The translations under genes were made by a program, and so were the position numbers. Below are positions 34,685 through 47,400 of a stretch of DNA of 64,000 nucleotides, in pieces (within the stretch, counting starts at the first letter, position 1; each line of letters begins with the position of its first letter). Source of the DNA: Macrostomum hystrix (lineage: Eukaryota; Animalia; Platyhelminthes). Below the pieces are notes generated by a model. That model did not search any database. It saw nothing but the letters and a program-made list of their open reading frames with translations, and was not told where the DNA came from. The DNA lies in the NCBI GenBank assembly GCA_950097015.1, contig CATNEN010000035.1, forward strand, positions 248,001-312,000, written 5' to 3'.

Positions 34685-35453
34685 ACGAACAGGAGCGAGT
34701 CCAGAAGAAGACTTTCACCAATTGGATTAACACCTACCTCATCAGCTGCCTGCCGCCCTGCAAGATAACCGATCTGTTCACCGAGATCAAGGATGGCATC
34801 AAGCTGCTGCTACTGCTGGAGGTGCTCTCCGGCGGCAAGCTGCAGAAGGAGAATCGCCCAAACATGCAGCGAGTGCACTGCTTGAGCAATGTGCGAACTG
34901 CGCTCAGCTTCTTAGAGTCCAAAGAGGTGAGTTTAGAGCTTAGCCAGAAAGAGGCATCGAGTTTGGCATCTTGGCATGGCTGTCGGAGGTTGGTGAGCTG
35001 GCTAAGCGAGACTGAAATCTACTAATACTGATATGAATGATATGCCCTAAGGCCCTAAGGCTTCGTAGTGGCTGGGCAAATTATAAAATATATAGAGAAG
35101 TGAGCAGTATTAAATTAGACTGTGCTGGCTTGAGTTTCTTTTCATAGCTCTAATGCTCACACACAATCTCTGACTAAGTAGGCAGCCAAAACCTGTTGTT
35201 CAAATTAAACCCCGCGCGCTGAGTCTAAGTTGCATGCTCCAAGCAGGTTAGCCGTAGAATTGGACTAGCAAGAAATGAGCAACAGAATTGTTTTATTCTC
35301 TTCATGGTCATTATTCATTTGTATCTATCTTACGCGGGTCTATTCTACAGCCAGTGCCTGAATAATAAATGCGCAACTGAACAGTTTGTCAAAAATTTTC
35401 CGGCGAGGGCCATTCAGAAGCTGAAGAAGCTCGGGCTTGTCACAGCAGAGCCT

Positions 35454-35484
<31 letters not shown>

Positions 35485-38400
35485 CTATTTGTTACCCACA
35501 AGTTTATCTCTACCTGCATATTTCGTTTTGAGCTTTTTGCCTGAAATTCCTAGCGTGCGGCGGATGGGGACCCGCTATTATCTTATGCGATGGCGACATC
35601 GCCAAGAATAAAATTAGTATTTCTGTATATATAGCGGAGTGAAGCTTGGAATTACGAGTAGAGAGAATGCGATGAAGTGCGTCAAATGGCACACAGTTAG
35701 CGAATAGCACTTTTAATGGTCAAAATCCAAGTCTCGTGCTAGTTTCTGAGACTAATAATAATAATAATTGATTACACCTGCCCCAATTGGGTCAGATGTG
35801 CAGCCGACAGCACAGCCGCAGCTAATGCGCGGCGCATCTGAAGGCTGCGTACAGCTGTTCAGTCCATGGACTGGGGGGACGCCACACCCACCTTCAATTA
35901 TCCCAGCTGATGCTGGTACCCATTTAACAGCTGGGTGAACTGAAGCAATGCAGTGTTAAGTGTCTTGCTAAAGGACACAAATTGTTCAGTGGAGTCGGGA
36001 ATCGAACCCCCGACCTTCAAGTCGTGAGTCCGACACCCTAACCACTAGGCTACAACCTCTCTGAGACTATTAACAGTAGATGTACCGAGGGATTTTTCAC
36101 TAAGGGAATACCAAGTAGCAAGGGAATATTCGTGAAATATTCGATGATTCTGAGAAACGGTCAGCTTTTTTCCATATGCGCCAATGCATTTACTACACCC
36201 TGTGTCTGCTCCATGTCTATAGATGTCTAGACGGGACTTATAGGCTTGCAACGGGTGTCACTAATTCTCAAATCTTGCTCATTAAGTCCTGGAAAGTACA
36301 AGTAACGGTGTTTCAATCAAGCGCAGTAAAGAAGATTGTCGGGAAAACCATTTCGTATAGTTCTACGAGCTAAAATGGGCAGAAAACGCAAATTGTTAAC
36401 AACTTTTTACGATGAGAAGTTTATTGATAATTACGAGAGTACAATTTGAATAGAATACTAGCAGCAACTAAAATGTGGCCGGAACGGCTGATAAGGTCAT
36501 TACAACATCGAATTTCAAGCTTAACTAGATTCTTACATATACTCGTACATTTATAAGCTCTAAAATTGATCGCTTCTGAACTCCCGAAAACCCGCAGATC
36601 AAGCTGGTCAACATTAATCCAGCCGATATTGTGGACGGCAAGCCTACCATTGTTCTGGGACTCATGTGGACCATCATTCTGTACTTCCAGGTAAATTATC
36701 CTTTGTTGAAAAGCTTGTGGCAAGCGCAGAGCAGGAAGAAATGATTACATGTTGTAAATTTTCCAGATCGAGGAGCAGGAGGACATGATCCGAAAGAGCC
36801 TCGAGGGTACGGAGCTAGCCGAGCGGGGCGAGCTGTTCAAAGGATCCGCCAAGAAGGCCCTCTTAGCTTGGGCACAGAATAACTTAGGCGACAAGTACGA
36901 AGTCGACCTGAAAGACTTTGGCAGCAGCTGGCGAGACGGAGCCGCCTTCAACGCCATGGTACACAACATCGACCCCAGCCTGGTGGACATGGACTCCCTG
37001 CGTGGCAGAACGAATCGGGAGAATCTTGAAGCTGCGTTTCAGGCAGCCGAGAGTGGACTGAACATTCCCCGCCTGCTAGATGCCGAAGGTGAGACCTTGC
37101 CTTTCGCTTGGCGACTCTCCGATCGATGAGCAGTCTGGAGAAACTTGATTTGAACAAAGTTCGAAGGTTAGGGGTCGTTGGCAGAGCGGTTAACGCATTT
37201 GCCTCTTGCACCAAGGTCCCTAAGTTCGATTCCACGGCGAGGCCATATTTATTTGGGGCGCAGCCGCGGAGAGATGGCTTGGGGGCTTGTCGTGCAATTT
37301 ACGCCCTTGAGGGCACAGTGAGAGTGTACACTGCCTGACGATGAGAAAGTCAGGGCAGATGTACACACCTGTGTGAGCGTATGCTTGCGTACAGTATCTG
37401 TGTGCGTGTGTGCTCAGGAGTCAGCGAAATGGGCAGAATTGCCTTCTCGCTGGCGGCGGTCTAGTGTCACCAAATGATGTGCCATTGCCCGCAGCCCTCC
37501 TGCAATTATTATTATTATTATATCGTTAAGTTCGAAGGTTAAATTTAGGACATAGTCATGAGTAGGCAGAGAAACCATGGTACAGAGGGACTGAAGTAGC
37601 GCAAGCGATGGAAGCAGGGGTTTAGGCTCGTATTAGGCAGAAAGATGGAATCATGGTTATTCAACAACGCCCGAACTTACAGATGTGGACGTGGATAAAC
37701 CAGACGAGAAGTCCATTATGACCTACATTGCCCAGTTCCTGAAGGCCTATCCTGAGGGCGGCAAAAACAGACCGAAGCTGCAGGATCAGGTAGGCATTTG
37801 TCTCATTAGTCAGTTCATTTGCAATTAGACCAACATTATGTAAACTAGCTTGTATTTTAGTAGCTGACTTCGGAAGCTGTCCATCGGTTTGAAAATTGTA
37901 AAATTTTAATAACGGAATTTTTCCAAAATTATATACTTAGCTGTGTTTTCGAGCTCTTTCTTGATGCTTCCGTTGAAAATGGTTTCGGGTGTTTGTGCTT
38001 CTCAGTCTGACTAAACTTAAAGTTTTATTTTTAAAAATAATTCTGAGAAAACTATAAAAAAACATGGATATGGTGCCCATGTTAACTCTCTAATGTTTTG
38101 TTTAAACTTTTGTATCGGTGTAAGAATTCGGAAGATTTATAATTAACAATATCAATCTCTCATTATTTATATTAACAATACGTCATTAAAGTGCAGAAAC
38201 TGCGCCCGAAACATATTGCAGACCGATGCACCTAATGCAAAGGTACTTTACATAACGCGTTGCTCTTTGTTTGTTTTCCTTGTTCGACCCGCGTCCTAAA
38301 ATAGTTATCGTGGGGTGCTGTATAATCTAACTCACAAAATAACCCACTGAAGCCATCCAAAATAACTTTTGAGAGTACTAGACGTAGTCATGCTACTCAC

Positions 38401-41400
38401 TATGTTTTAACTTTATGCAGCTGTTTATTAGTATCGAAATAACGCTTTGCACCAGACATTTGACGAGAATTTTATGCACACCAGCCTTATCTACGCTTTT
38501 CAGTGCGTTTTGTAGCGACTTTCCTTGAAGTAATAGTTTCTACACAAAACCCCCCATTCTTTTCTTTGGGGGGTTTTGCGCTTCTTGCCCGTAAACGCAA
38601 TCACAAATTTTCTTACTATTTGGCTGAATTTTTAACATTGTGAGCACATATTGCATAGAGAATTGGGGAATTCTGGAAACCTTAGAGTTAACTTGCAGTT
38701 TCATTGGTTTCACCTGCGATCGCCTCCACCAATCACAGTTGGACGCTGCTAGGCAGGCCAGCGAAAAGGAGCGTCTGGACTTGGATAGCATTGCCAGCTT
38801 CTGTCGCAAGGTGGAGTCCGAAGCACTTAATGGTGACTATGAGGTGGGTGATCAATTTTCATTCATCTAAAACCATCAAGCTTTCTGACAAGCTGCGTCA
38901 TTATGATGTCATGAAATGAAAACTCGAATGCAGACACTCAAGGCTCTCCAAGCAGAGCGCGACAATCTTCAGCCGACTGTGGACGATCTAGCTAAGCGTC
39001 GCCAGGAAGGTCGGCTGCTGTCAAGTGCGCCGGGGGACGCAGACGTAGCGCTGGCCGCCTGGCGTCAAGCCGATGCTCAGCTGCGCGAGCTTCGCTGGCG
39101 CCTGGACTCGCAGCTGCCTGGCGACCTGGGCCGCATAGGTCAGTGGCTAGCCCGCGCTGAGGCCTGCCTCAACCGGGACTGGCCGGCCGACGATGCGCCG
39201 GACTTCCAGGCTGCCGACGACCTGAGCGAGCGCCTGCGCGAACACTGCGACATATTCAGCGTTGATCCACAGAGTGTTCGACGTGACCTCCAGACAGCGA
39301 GACGTCAGCCACCCAGCGGGGTCAACGACGCCCAGATAAACGACATGGACAACCGCCTGAATCGAGTGATTACGGACGAACCGGACGTCCGACGAAAACT
39401 CGAGTACCTTGAGCCGAAGCGTCGCCTGCTCGCAAACCTGGTGCAGTGCGATCGTAAGCTGCCTCTGTGGACTGGAAAGTGCGGCAAACAGCAGGAAGTT
39501 GAGGACTTATTTTCCGACTATAACGCCTTTGTAATCGACGGAAAACTGGTGGACAGTGTCGAACAGGCGCTGGAATCACTGCGCCAGCAGGCTGAGCCGA
39601 TGCGAAAGCGCGATCCGGCTGGGTCACGTGAGGCTGATCGCTTTTTGGCAGACACTCGGAAGCGCTGGGATCGAGTGAAGCGCGATGTGCAAGGGGCCGG
39701 CGGACCGCTGGAGAAGGCTATCAGCAGCTGGAAGAACTACAGTAGACTGAGCGTCGAGTTCGATGACTGGCTCCCTGGAGCGGAACAGGCGCTTCGAAGT
39801 TCACCGGATGAGCGGGATCGCTACTTCGCCGATATGCCGAAGCGTGAATCGGACATGCGCGAGTTGAACGACGCCGCCAGCCACCTGACTGCATGTTGCG
39901 TGGAGCCAGTAGCGGCCGAGATTCGCGCTCAACAGCAGGCAACAAGCCGACGCTGGAAGGCCCTGTTCGAGGACTTCAAGAAGACTGAGAAGCTGGACTC
40001 TCTCGAGCGAAATCGACGCGATTATCATGACGGCACCGGGCGCCTAACGGACTGGTTGGAGCGCTCCGAGGCTTTGGCGGAAGCAGAAGTCGCCTGCAAT
40101 CGGGAGAAGGTCAAGGAAAGTCTTGATCAGATCCAGGAGGTAGTTGACCAGCAGGAAGCTATGGAAGGCGAGTTCAAGACTCTGAGCAAAGCTGCTCAAG
40201 ACATGGCCAGAGAACTACCGAAGTCCAGTTTGGATGAGATGCTCAATAGTCTCAAAGAAGCTCGAGAACGGCTGCAAAAACTGCGCCGCAGTCTGCCAGA
40301 GAAGGGTCGCGGCTTGCGCGGCATCCTGCCCCAAATTGAGACAATGGAGAGCGGCCTTGACGAGCTGGCTAAGTGGACTGAGCTTGGCGAGAGCCTGATG
40401 GCTGACCTGAGCGGAGAGCTCGACCCAATCAGCTTGCCGGATAAAACAGACGCGTACAAGGTGCGAATAAATTTGGACTTAATGATAACCAATCAAGCAT
40501 CAGACAAGGTCAGAAAAAATTACCATCGATTCCCCTATTATGCAGAATCACTTCAGCCAAGCCCCGAACTACAAAACATCCTTGGATAACAAGACGCGCG
40601 CCCTGGCTAAGATCAAGGCCTCCCGAGTAAAGGGCCTGAATGTGGCGGACGTGGAGCAGCAGCTGTCCGACCTTAATCAGCGATTTAAGGTACTCGTAGG
40701 AACAATAATTGAATCATATGCGCATTTGTACTACTTGTCTGAGCAGAGATCTGCTACCGTGTGTACTTTGCATTTTAAGACACAACCCACTTCCATTTGT
40801 TCGTTTAAGCAGATATTTGTTTGCAAGAGTACTATAGCTGAGGACGAAGAGAGAGAGAAAGAGGAGAGAGAGAGCGATTTGAGCAAAAAGTGCCCAGTCA
40901 AAAGGCACAAACTGCTGACAGTCAAGAAGTCATTTTGCGTGCATTAGACACTTTTTTCTCCTCCTAGTGAATTTATAGCACATCTATTTTGGTTATTAGC
41001 GAATCACTCACTCGATCATTACCGAATCAAACAGATTTGTGTTGTTCTTATTTTGCTTTTCTTCCCGCTTTAGTAGCGACCCCCCGCTAGTAAAGTCCAA
41101 TCAACCGATTTTTACGCGAGAATTCGATTTGCCAATCACTTGACTCGGATACTAACGCACATAAGGTTGCCATACAGCTGGAGCTGATTAAATCCCAGTT
41201 GGCAAATACCAAAGAGTCTAACCTGTCTCCACACGCAATGTCTTCTGAAACACTAACACAGGATTTAACAGGCAACACCAAGGCCTGGGACAAGAAGCTT
41301 GAACAATGGGGCAAGCTGTGGACTGTCTATGGTCAGAACAAGGAGGCCCTGCGTGACTGGCTGGAAAAGGCCGGTCAGGTGATGAAGAATGAGGACGCTG

Positions 41401-44400
41401 ACCCCGAGGAGCTGTTGGCTGAGCACAATCAGTTCTTTGAGCCACAGGGGAAACCTACCACTGCCGGTAGGCAGCAACAACAGCACCAAGTGCCGCTGGC
41501 GGCATTTTCAAAGTCAGCCAAAGAATTGGCAGCTGCGATGGAAAATGCGACGACAAAAGAAAATATTGAAACCGAAGCACAAGCCCTGGAGGCTGATTGC
41601 AGCGTGAGTTTATTTTTAAAGCTTAAATCGATTCAACTTCTTCTAGACAGGTACAAAGCCTCGCCTCCACTCCCTGTCTAGCCCCACCTCACTCCATTAC
41701 CCTGTCTTGCCCACCTCACTCCATTACCCTGTATTGCCCCACCTCACTCCATTACCCTGTCTTGCCCCACCTCACTCCATTACCCTGTCTTGCCCCACCT
41801 CATTCCAAAAAATTACCCTGTCAAGCCCTACCTCACTCCATTACCCTGTCTAGCCCCACCTCATTCGTTTACCCGTTGGCCCGACCCATCATGCATAGCC
41901 CGACCCGCAACATTAGAAAACACTTCTGTCCTTTACCCTTACGCAGCTTAGCCGTTTCCAGTCATACCCAATTCCCATGGGTATTTCCCGCCCTGTCAGA
42001 TCCTAGAAGCTGATCTTTAACAGATTTGCAATTTTTATATTGCTTGCAACAGCCGTTTTTACGCTTTTTACGTTTTAAGAAAAAATAATCAAATATTGTA
42101 TGGCCCTTTCCTATATCGCCAACCCATAGATCTGCATTTGAAAATGCTGCTAATCCGCATTCCAGGAAATACTGGCCGAGGCGCCAAGACGGCTGCTTCG
42201 ACTGGCCTGCCGCGATCTCGAGGACCGACTCAGCCGGCGGCTAAACGAGGCTGGCGATACGCTGCAGCGGCATCAGGAGAGATTCGATGCCTGCGAACCG
42301 CTGAACGATATTCTCAAGGATCACGAAGTTAGTTTGCCAAAGAAGTCAATGATAAAAAATAATAATAATTAAATAATTGGACCAGATGTGCAGCCGACAG
42401 CACAGCCACACCTATTGTGGGGCGCATCTGAAGGCTGCGAACGACTGTTCAGTCCATGGACTGGGGGACGCCACACCTTACCCTCAACTACTCCAGCTAA
42501 TGCTGGAATCCATTTGACAGATGGCTGAATTAAAGCAATTCAGAGTTGAGTGAGTTGCCAAAGGACACAAGCTGTTCCAGTGGAGTCGGGATTCGAACCC
42601 CGAACTTCAATTCATGAGTTCGGCGCCCTGCTACAACCCCTGCTAGGCTAGCTCCCTTATAAATGATCAAATGTAATATCACAGTCTCAACCTGACTAAT
42701 CTCAATCTTCACTGAGTTTACTCATGACTCAATTTCAGGATTACTTCTACGATGGAGACTTCAAGCCTTTCTGCTCCCAAGCAGCCAAGGACCTTCTAGC
42801 CAACAGTGAAGCCCTCAGCAAAATGTGCCCGGAGGAGGGCAGTGGTCCTGTCGATCGAGCCGAGGATCTCTCAGACCGCCTGCAGGCCCTGCTGATCATG
42901 GCCGAGGCGCTGCAGAACAAGCTGAAGAACTTGCCGGAGAAGTGGAACAATTTTGGTGACAAGTGAGTCAGGTGGCATTGGCGGCTACCATAGAAACTGA
43001 CGACAGTTTTATTGTATCAAACTTATATTTGTAATGCCAATGAACAAAGCCATAACCTATCGTCATCGTGAATCTGACAGGCTGAGAGACATCAACACCT
43101 TCACCAAGGAGGCCCGAGACCTGCTAGAAAAGCTAAACAGCGGCGAGGAACTCTCGGCAGCGGAGTACAAAACCGTCTTGGAGCGACTGCAGCACCTGGC
43201 CAAAGAGATTAAAGAACAGCAGAGCAATGCCGAAGATGCCAGAGCGCTATTTGACGAGCTCGCTCCCAACAGCGATCCCAACGATGTGAACGAGTCCAAG
43301 CGAGACATGGATGAAGCACTGGATGCACTGGCCGCTCTGGTGCCTGACATCAGCGATGCCCTTCAGCGCGCTCCAGTGATGGCCCGAGCACTGGAGTACC
43401 GAGAGTCGATCGAAGCTAAGCAGCGACTGTTTGACGACGCCGACGGACAGCTGGCGAATCGGCCGCCACTGGACGACAAGGAAACAGCTCAGAGACAACT
43501 CAGCGAGCTGAGAGACTTGCGCGCCCGCCTTTTAGACGCCGAGAAGGCTGCAGTCTCGGCAGACCTTGCTAATGGCGACAAACTCAGCCGCGAACGTCAC
43601 TGTCCGGCGTTTGTAGCGGAGAAGCGCACTGATCTGGAAGAAAAGTGGCGCTCAGCCAACGAAACGGCGGATGAGCGACTGGCCAAACTAGAAGCAGCGC
43701 TAAGCAACTGGGCTAGCTTCATGGACTGCCAAGAAGGTGTTGAGCGCCTGCTCGACGAAGCTGACGCCATTGCCGATGGGTCAGCAAGCCCTCCTGGTGG
43801 TAGCGACGCCATTCGAAGCGATATCGAGTTGAAGGAACGCCTTCTGCGACGGCTGTCAGCGGGCGAGACACAATTGGAGGACCTGCGACGCCTAGCTGAG
43901 CTGTTAAAGGCCGACGCCAGCCCGGAGCGGGCTGCCGAACTAGATGCGATGGTCCAGGAAGCTGAGACGCGGCTCTCGGATGCGAGTGCTAAAGTGTTTA
44001 GCCAGGTAGGCGACCTGCGCGATAAGGATCGCCAGTGGCGCAAGTTGTACGACGATCTCGACGAATTTGAAGCGTCGATGAAAGATCGAGAGGCGCTGAT
44101 GGATCGCGCCGCAGATCGGTCGTTAAACCCGGAGGAGCGAAATGCTCTGGCCCAAGATCTGGCGGACAGTGTACGTGCTGCGATGGATCAGCTTGAAAAG
44201 CTTGAGGCTGGTGGTTGTGATCTTATAGATTCGGCTGAATCCAATGAAGAAACAAAAAGAGTCAAAGCTCGTATAGAAAAGCTTCGAAATCGTGTTGACG
44301 AGCTTCAGATCAGCTCTGATGAGCGAGCAAAAGAAGCAGCGCACGGCCTTGAGGAGTATGAAGCGATGACACTAAATGCGGACAAGCTCTCTGGTTTCCT

Positions 44401-47400
44401 GCAGACTGCTGAAGAGTATTTAGCCTCACCCGTACCTAAGCTGGCGAGTCTAGAAGAGCTCGAAACACTGTGCGACGAACACTCTGATTTCCTGTCAGAG
44501 AAGGAAAAACTGGTCGAAGCTGTGCACGAATTGGACCAGCTTGCTCAGGCATTCCGTGATAATCCAGAGCTGCGCCGTAGGCACAAAGATCTGAAAGACC
44601 GCTGGGACTCGGTCGGCACCGACGCTGAAAAGCGTAGCGCAAAACTACACGCACTGAAAGACGCTTGGCATGAATACGAGGAGGAGAAACAACAATTTCA
44701 GGAGAAGCTGAAAGAATTTGAAGAGATGTATGACGAAGATCCAGAACGACTAAAGGATAAGCTTGATGCCGTGCAAGCGCTAAAGCTGCAGCTTGCGGAG
44801 CACGAAGACAAACTGGATAGTCTGTCAAGTAGGCTAAACGGACTTCGACCTGACCTAACGGATGCTGGCGCTCAAGAGCTGCAGGATGAGCAGGAAGCAT
44901 TGGAGAAGCGAGTGCACCAGATGGCCGACCAGCTTGAGCGCCGACGGCACTCCCTCGACGAGCTGGTTGCGGAGCGCGCCAAGACAGTGGCAGATGCCGA
45001 TGGTCTCCGCCAATGGGCAGAGCGCTGCCTGTCTCGACACGAACGCTGGGCTGAAGTTCAAGCCAGCCAAGTACCAGAGGTCTTAGCCCATCTGCGAGCA
45101 ATACGTTCCGAAGTAGAGACAAAGGGCCCAGAAGTTGAGCAGCTAGGCCGGCTAGTAGCCGAGTATCTGGAGAAGTCGCCTACTGATGCGGACGATCTCC
45201 ACTCGGCTTTCAACGAAGCCGAAGGGCGATACAGTCGACTCTGCGAATTGACAAAAGATCGGACGAGACTGTGCGAGGATTGGCTCCGTCTTGAGTCTCT
45301 GCAGGCAGATACTACTAAGGAAATAAAGCGGATTGAGACGCAGCTAGGAGCGTTTGGCGTTGGTGAGGCAGAGATCGAGGAGCTTCAGGGCCAGCTAGAG
45401 ACCTGCAAGACTGCTGTGACCGACTTTACGGCACAGTCTCGTGAGTTGGACGAACTGATGGAGCGAGCCGAGATGCGAATCTTACAGCGAAGCGGCGACG
45501 GCAGTGATGAGCTGTTAAACTTCGCTGAACTACTGTCGAAGGCATTGCAGGGCGTTGAACAGGCCGAGGTGGCTCTGCAGGAGAAGCGCCAATTAGCGCG
45601 CGAAGCAGCGCAAGCCATGGATGATATGCGCGAAGTTGAGGGCTCTCTGCTCGATTATTTGAAGGACTTCTGTGCACAGCTAAATGACTTGGAATTCGAC
45701 CCGCCATCTCGAGCTGGTGTCAATAAAATTATGTTAAAGCTGGATCTCATGGAAGAGGAACTAAAGACACACCAAGACGACCTGAACGAGCTGAAGGCCA
45801 TCGCCAAGGAGCTGGCCGCTAAGGATGCATCAAAGTCCGCGTCTGCTCAAGAGATTCTCAGCCGCACCCAGGATGCCTGGCGCGAGAGCGAAGACTTGCT
45901 GGCAGAAAAGTACCGCTTGGCCAAGGCCTTGCTCGACAGCACTCAGGCCTATGAGGAGAAACGAAAGACGGTGCAGGATCTGCTGGAAAAGCTCGACGAG
46001 CTGCGCAACCGCGACATGGCCTCAGCATCACCTGAGGAGGTGCGCAAATGGCTTGATGAAATACGCCAGGCTGAGCAGGAGTTGGCCGCAGCGCAGAAAG
46101 ACCTCGACGCAATGCAGCAGCGCGCCGGTCAGATTTGCCGCGACGCCAAGGACTTTGCCGGCTTTGATCAGCAGCGACTGCTGGCAGAAGCCGACGGTCT
46201 GGCTGACGAGTCACGCCAGATGGCGGATGAGCTGCGGGAGAAACGTAAACAGTTGGAGCAGCAGGCCGCCCTCTGGGATGCTGTTGCGGACCAAGAAGAG
46301 GATCTCAATGCATGGCTGGAGGCCAGCCAGCGTCGTCTGGACGAAGCGGCGGAGGGACTAGCTGACACCGACGCGGCGAAGGACCGTCTCGCACGGTACC
46401 GCGATGAAAAAGCCGACTTTCAGGCAAAGAGAGACGCTCTGGCAGACCTGATCGACCGGCTGGAGGCTTTGAACGGCGGCCAGCCGATTGAGTCGCTGCG
46501 CGAACTTTTAGCTCGCATGGATGCCCGCCTCGCTGAGATGGACGCCTCCGCAGAGGAATTGGCTGGTCGAGTCGAGGAGTTTGAAGCTTCAAGGTAGGAG
46601 AAAAGCAACTTGGATTGGGTGCCCGAGGACTTAAGAACAATAGACCCTCAATTCAGGGGCCATAGTGCATTCTCGTTTCTCAGATTTACGTATCTACGTT
46701 TCCAAGAGCGCTCGTACGTACGCAGATCGATACATAGAGCCCACAGCCTTTTTCCGCATTCTTATTAAAAATGTAGTACCTTTAACTGTGGAATCGAACT
46801 TGCAATTTTAGAACAATCAAGAATATTTTTAAGAAAGCCTTGTTCCCGTATTAATTGATTACGCGGTTCTTTTTGCCCAAAGTCAGTCTGCTTATTGAAA
46901 ATTTATGAGCGTATTTTCGAGAAGTCACAAGAATGAGTTGGACAGTGTGGCGTCGTAATTATGACTTTTTTTCATAACTTTTTTTCAGGTATGTATCGCC
47001 TGAAGTTTTTTTTCAACAGGCGATACAGACCTTAATAAAAATAATAATAATTGCAGGAGGTCTGCGGGCAATGACACATAATTTGGTGACACTAGACCCG
47101 CAGCCAGCGAGGAGGCAATTCTGCCCATTTCGCTGACTCCTGAGCACACACGCACACAGATACCGTACGCAAGCATTCGCTCACACAGGTGTGTACATCT
47201 GCCCTGACTTTCTCATCGTCAGGCAGTGTACACTTCACTGTGCCCTCAAGGGCGTAAATTGCACGACAAGCCCCCAAAGCCTTCTCTCCGCGGCTGCGCC
47301 CCAAATAAATGTTGCCTCGCCGTGGAATCGAACTTAAAGACCGTGGTGCGAGAGGCAAACGCGATAACCGCTCTGCCACCGACCCCCCGATACATACCTT

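Noticed and set aside
37330-37360. Functional hammerhead ribozyme in SINE A
   Set aside because: Only 3 nt separate CUGACGA from GAAA, and there is no stem III with a matching NUH triplet, so a canonical fold is impossible.
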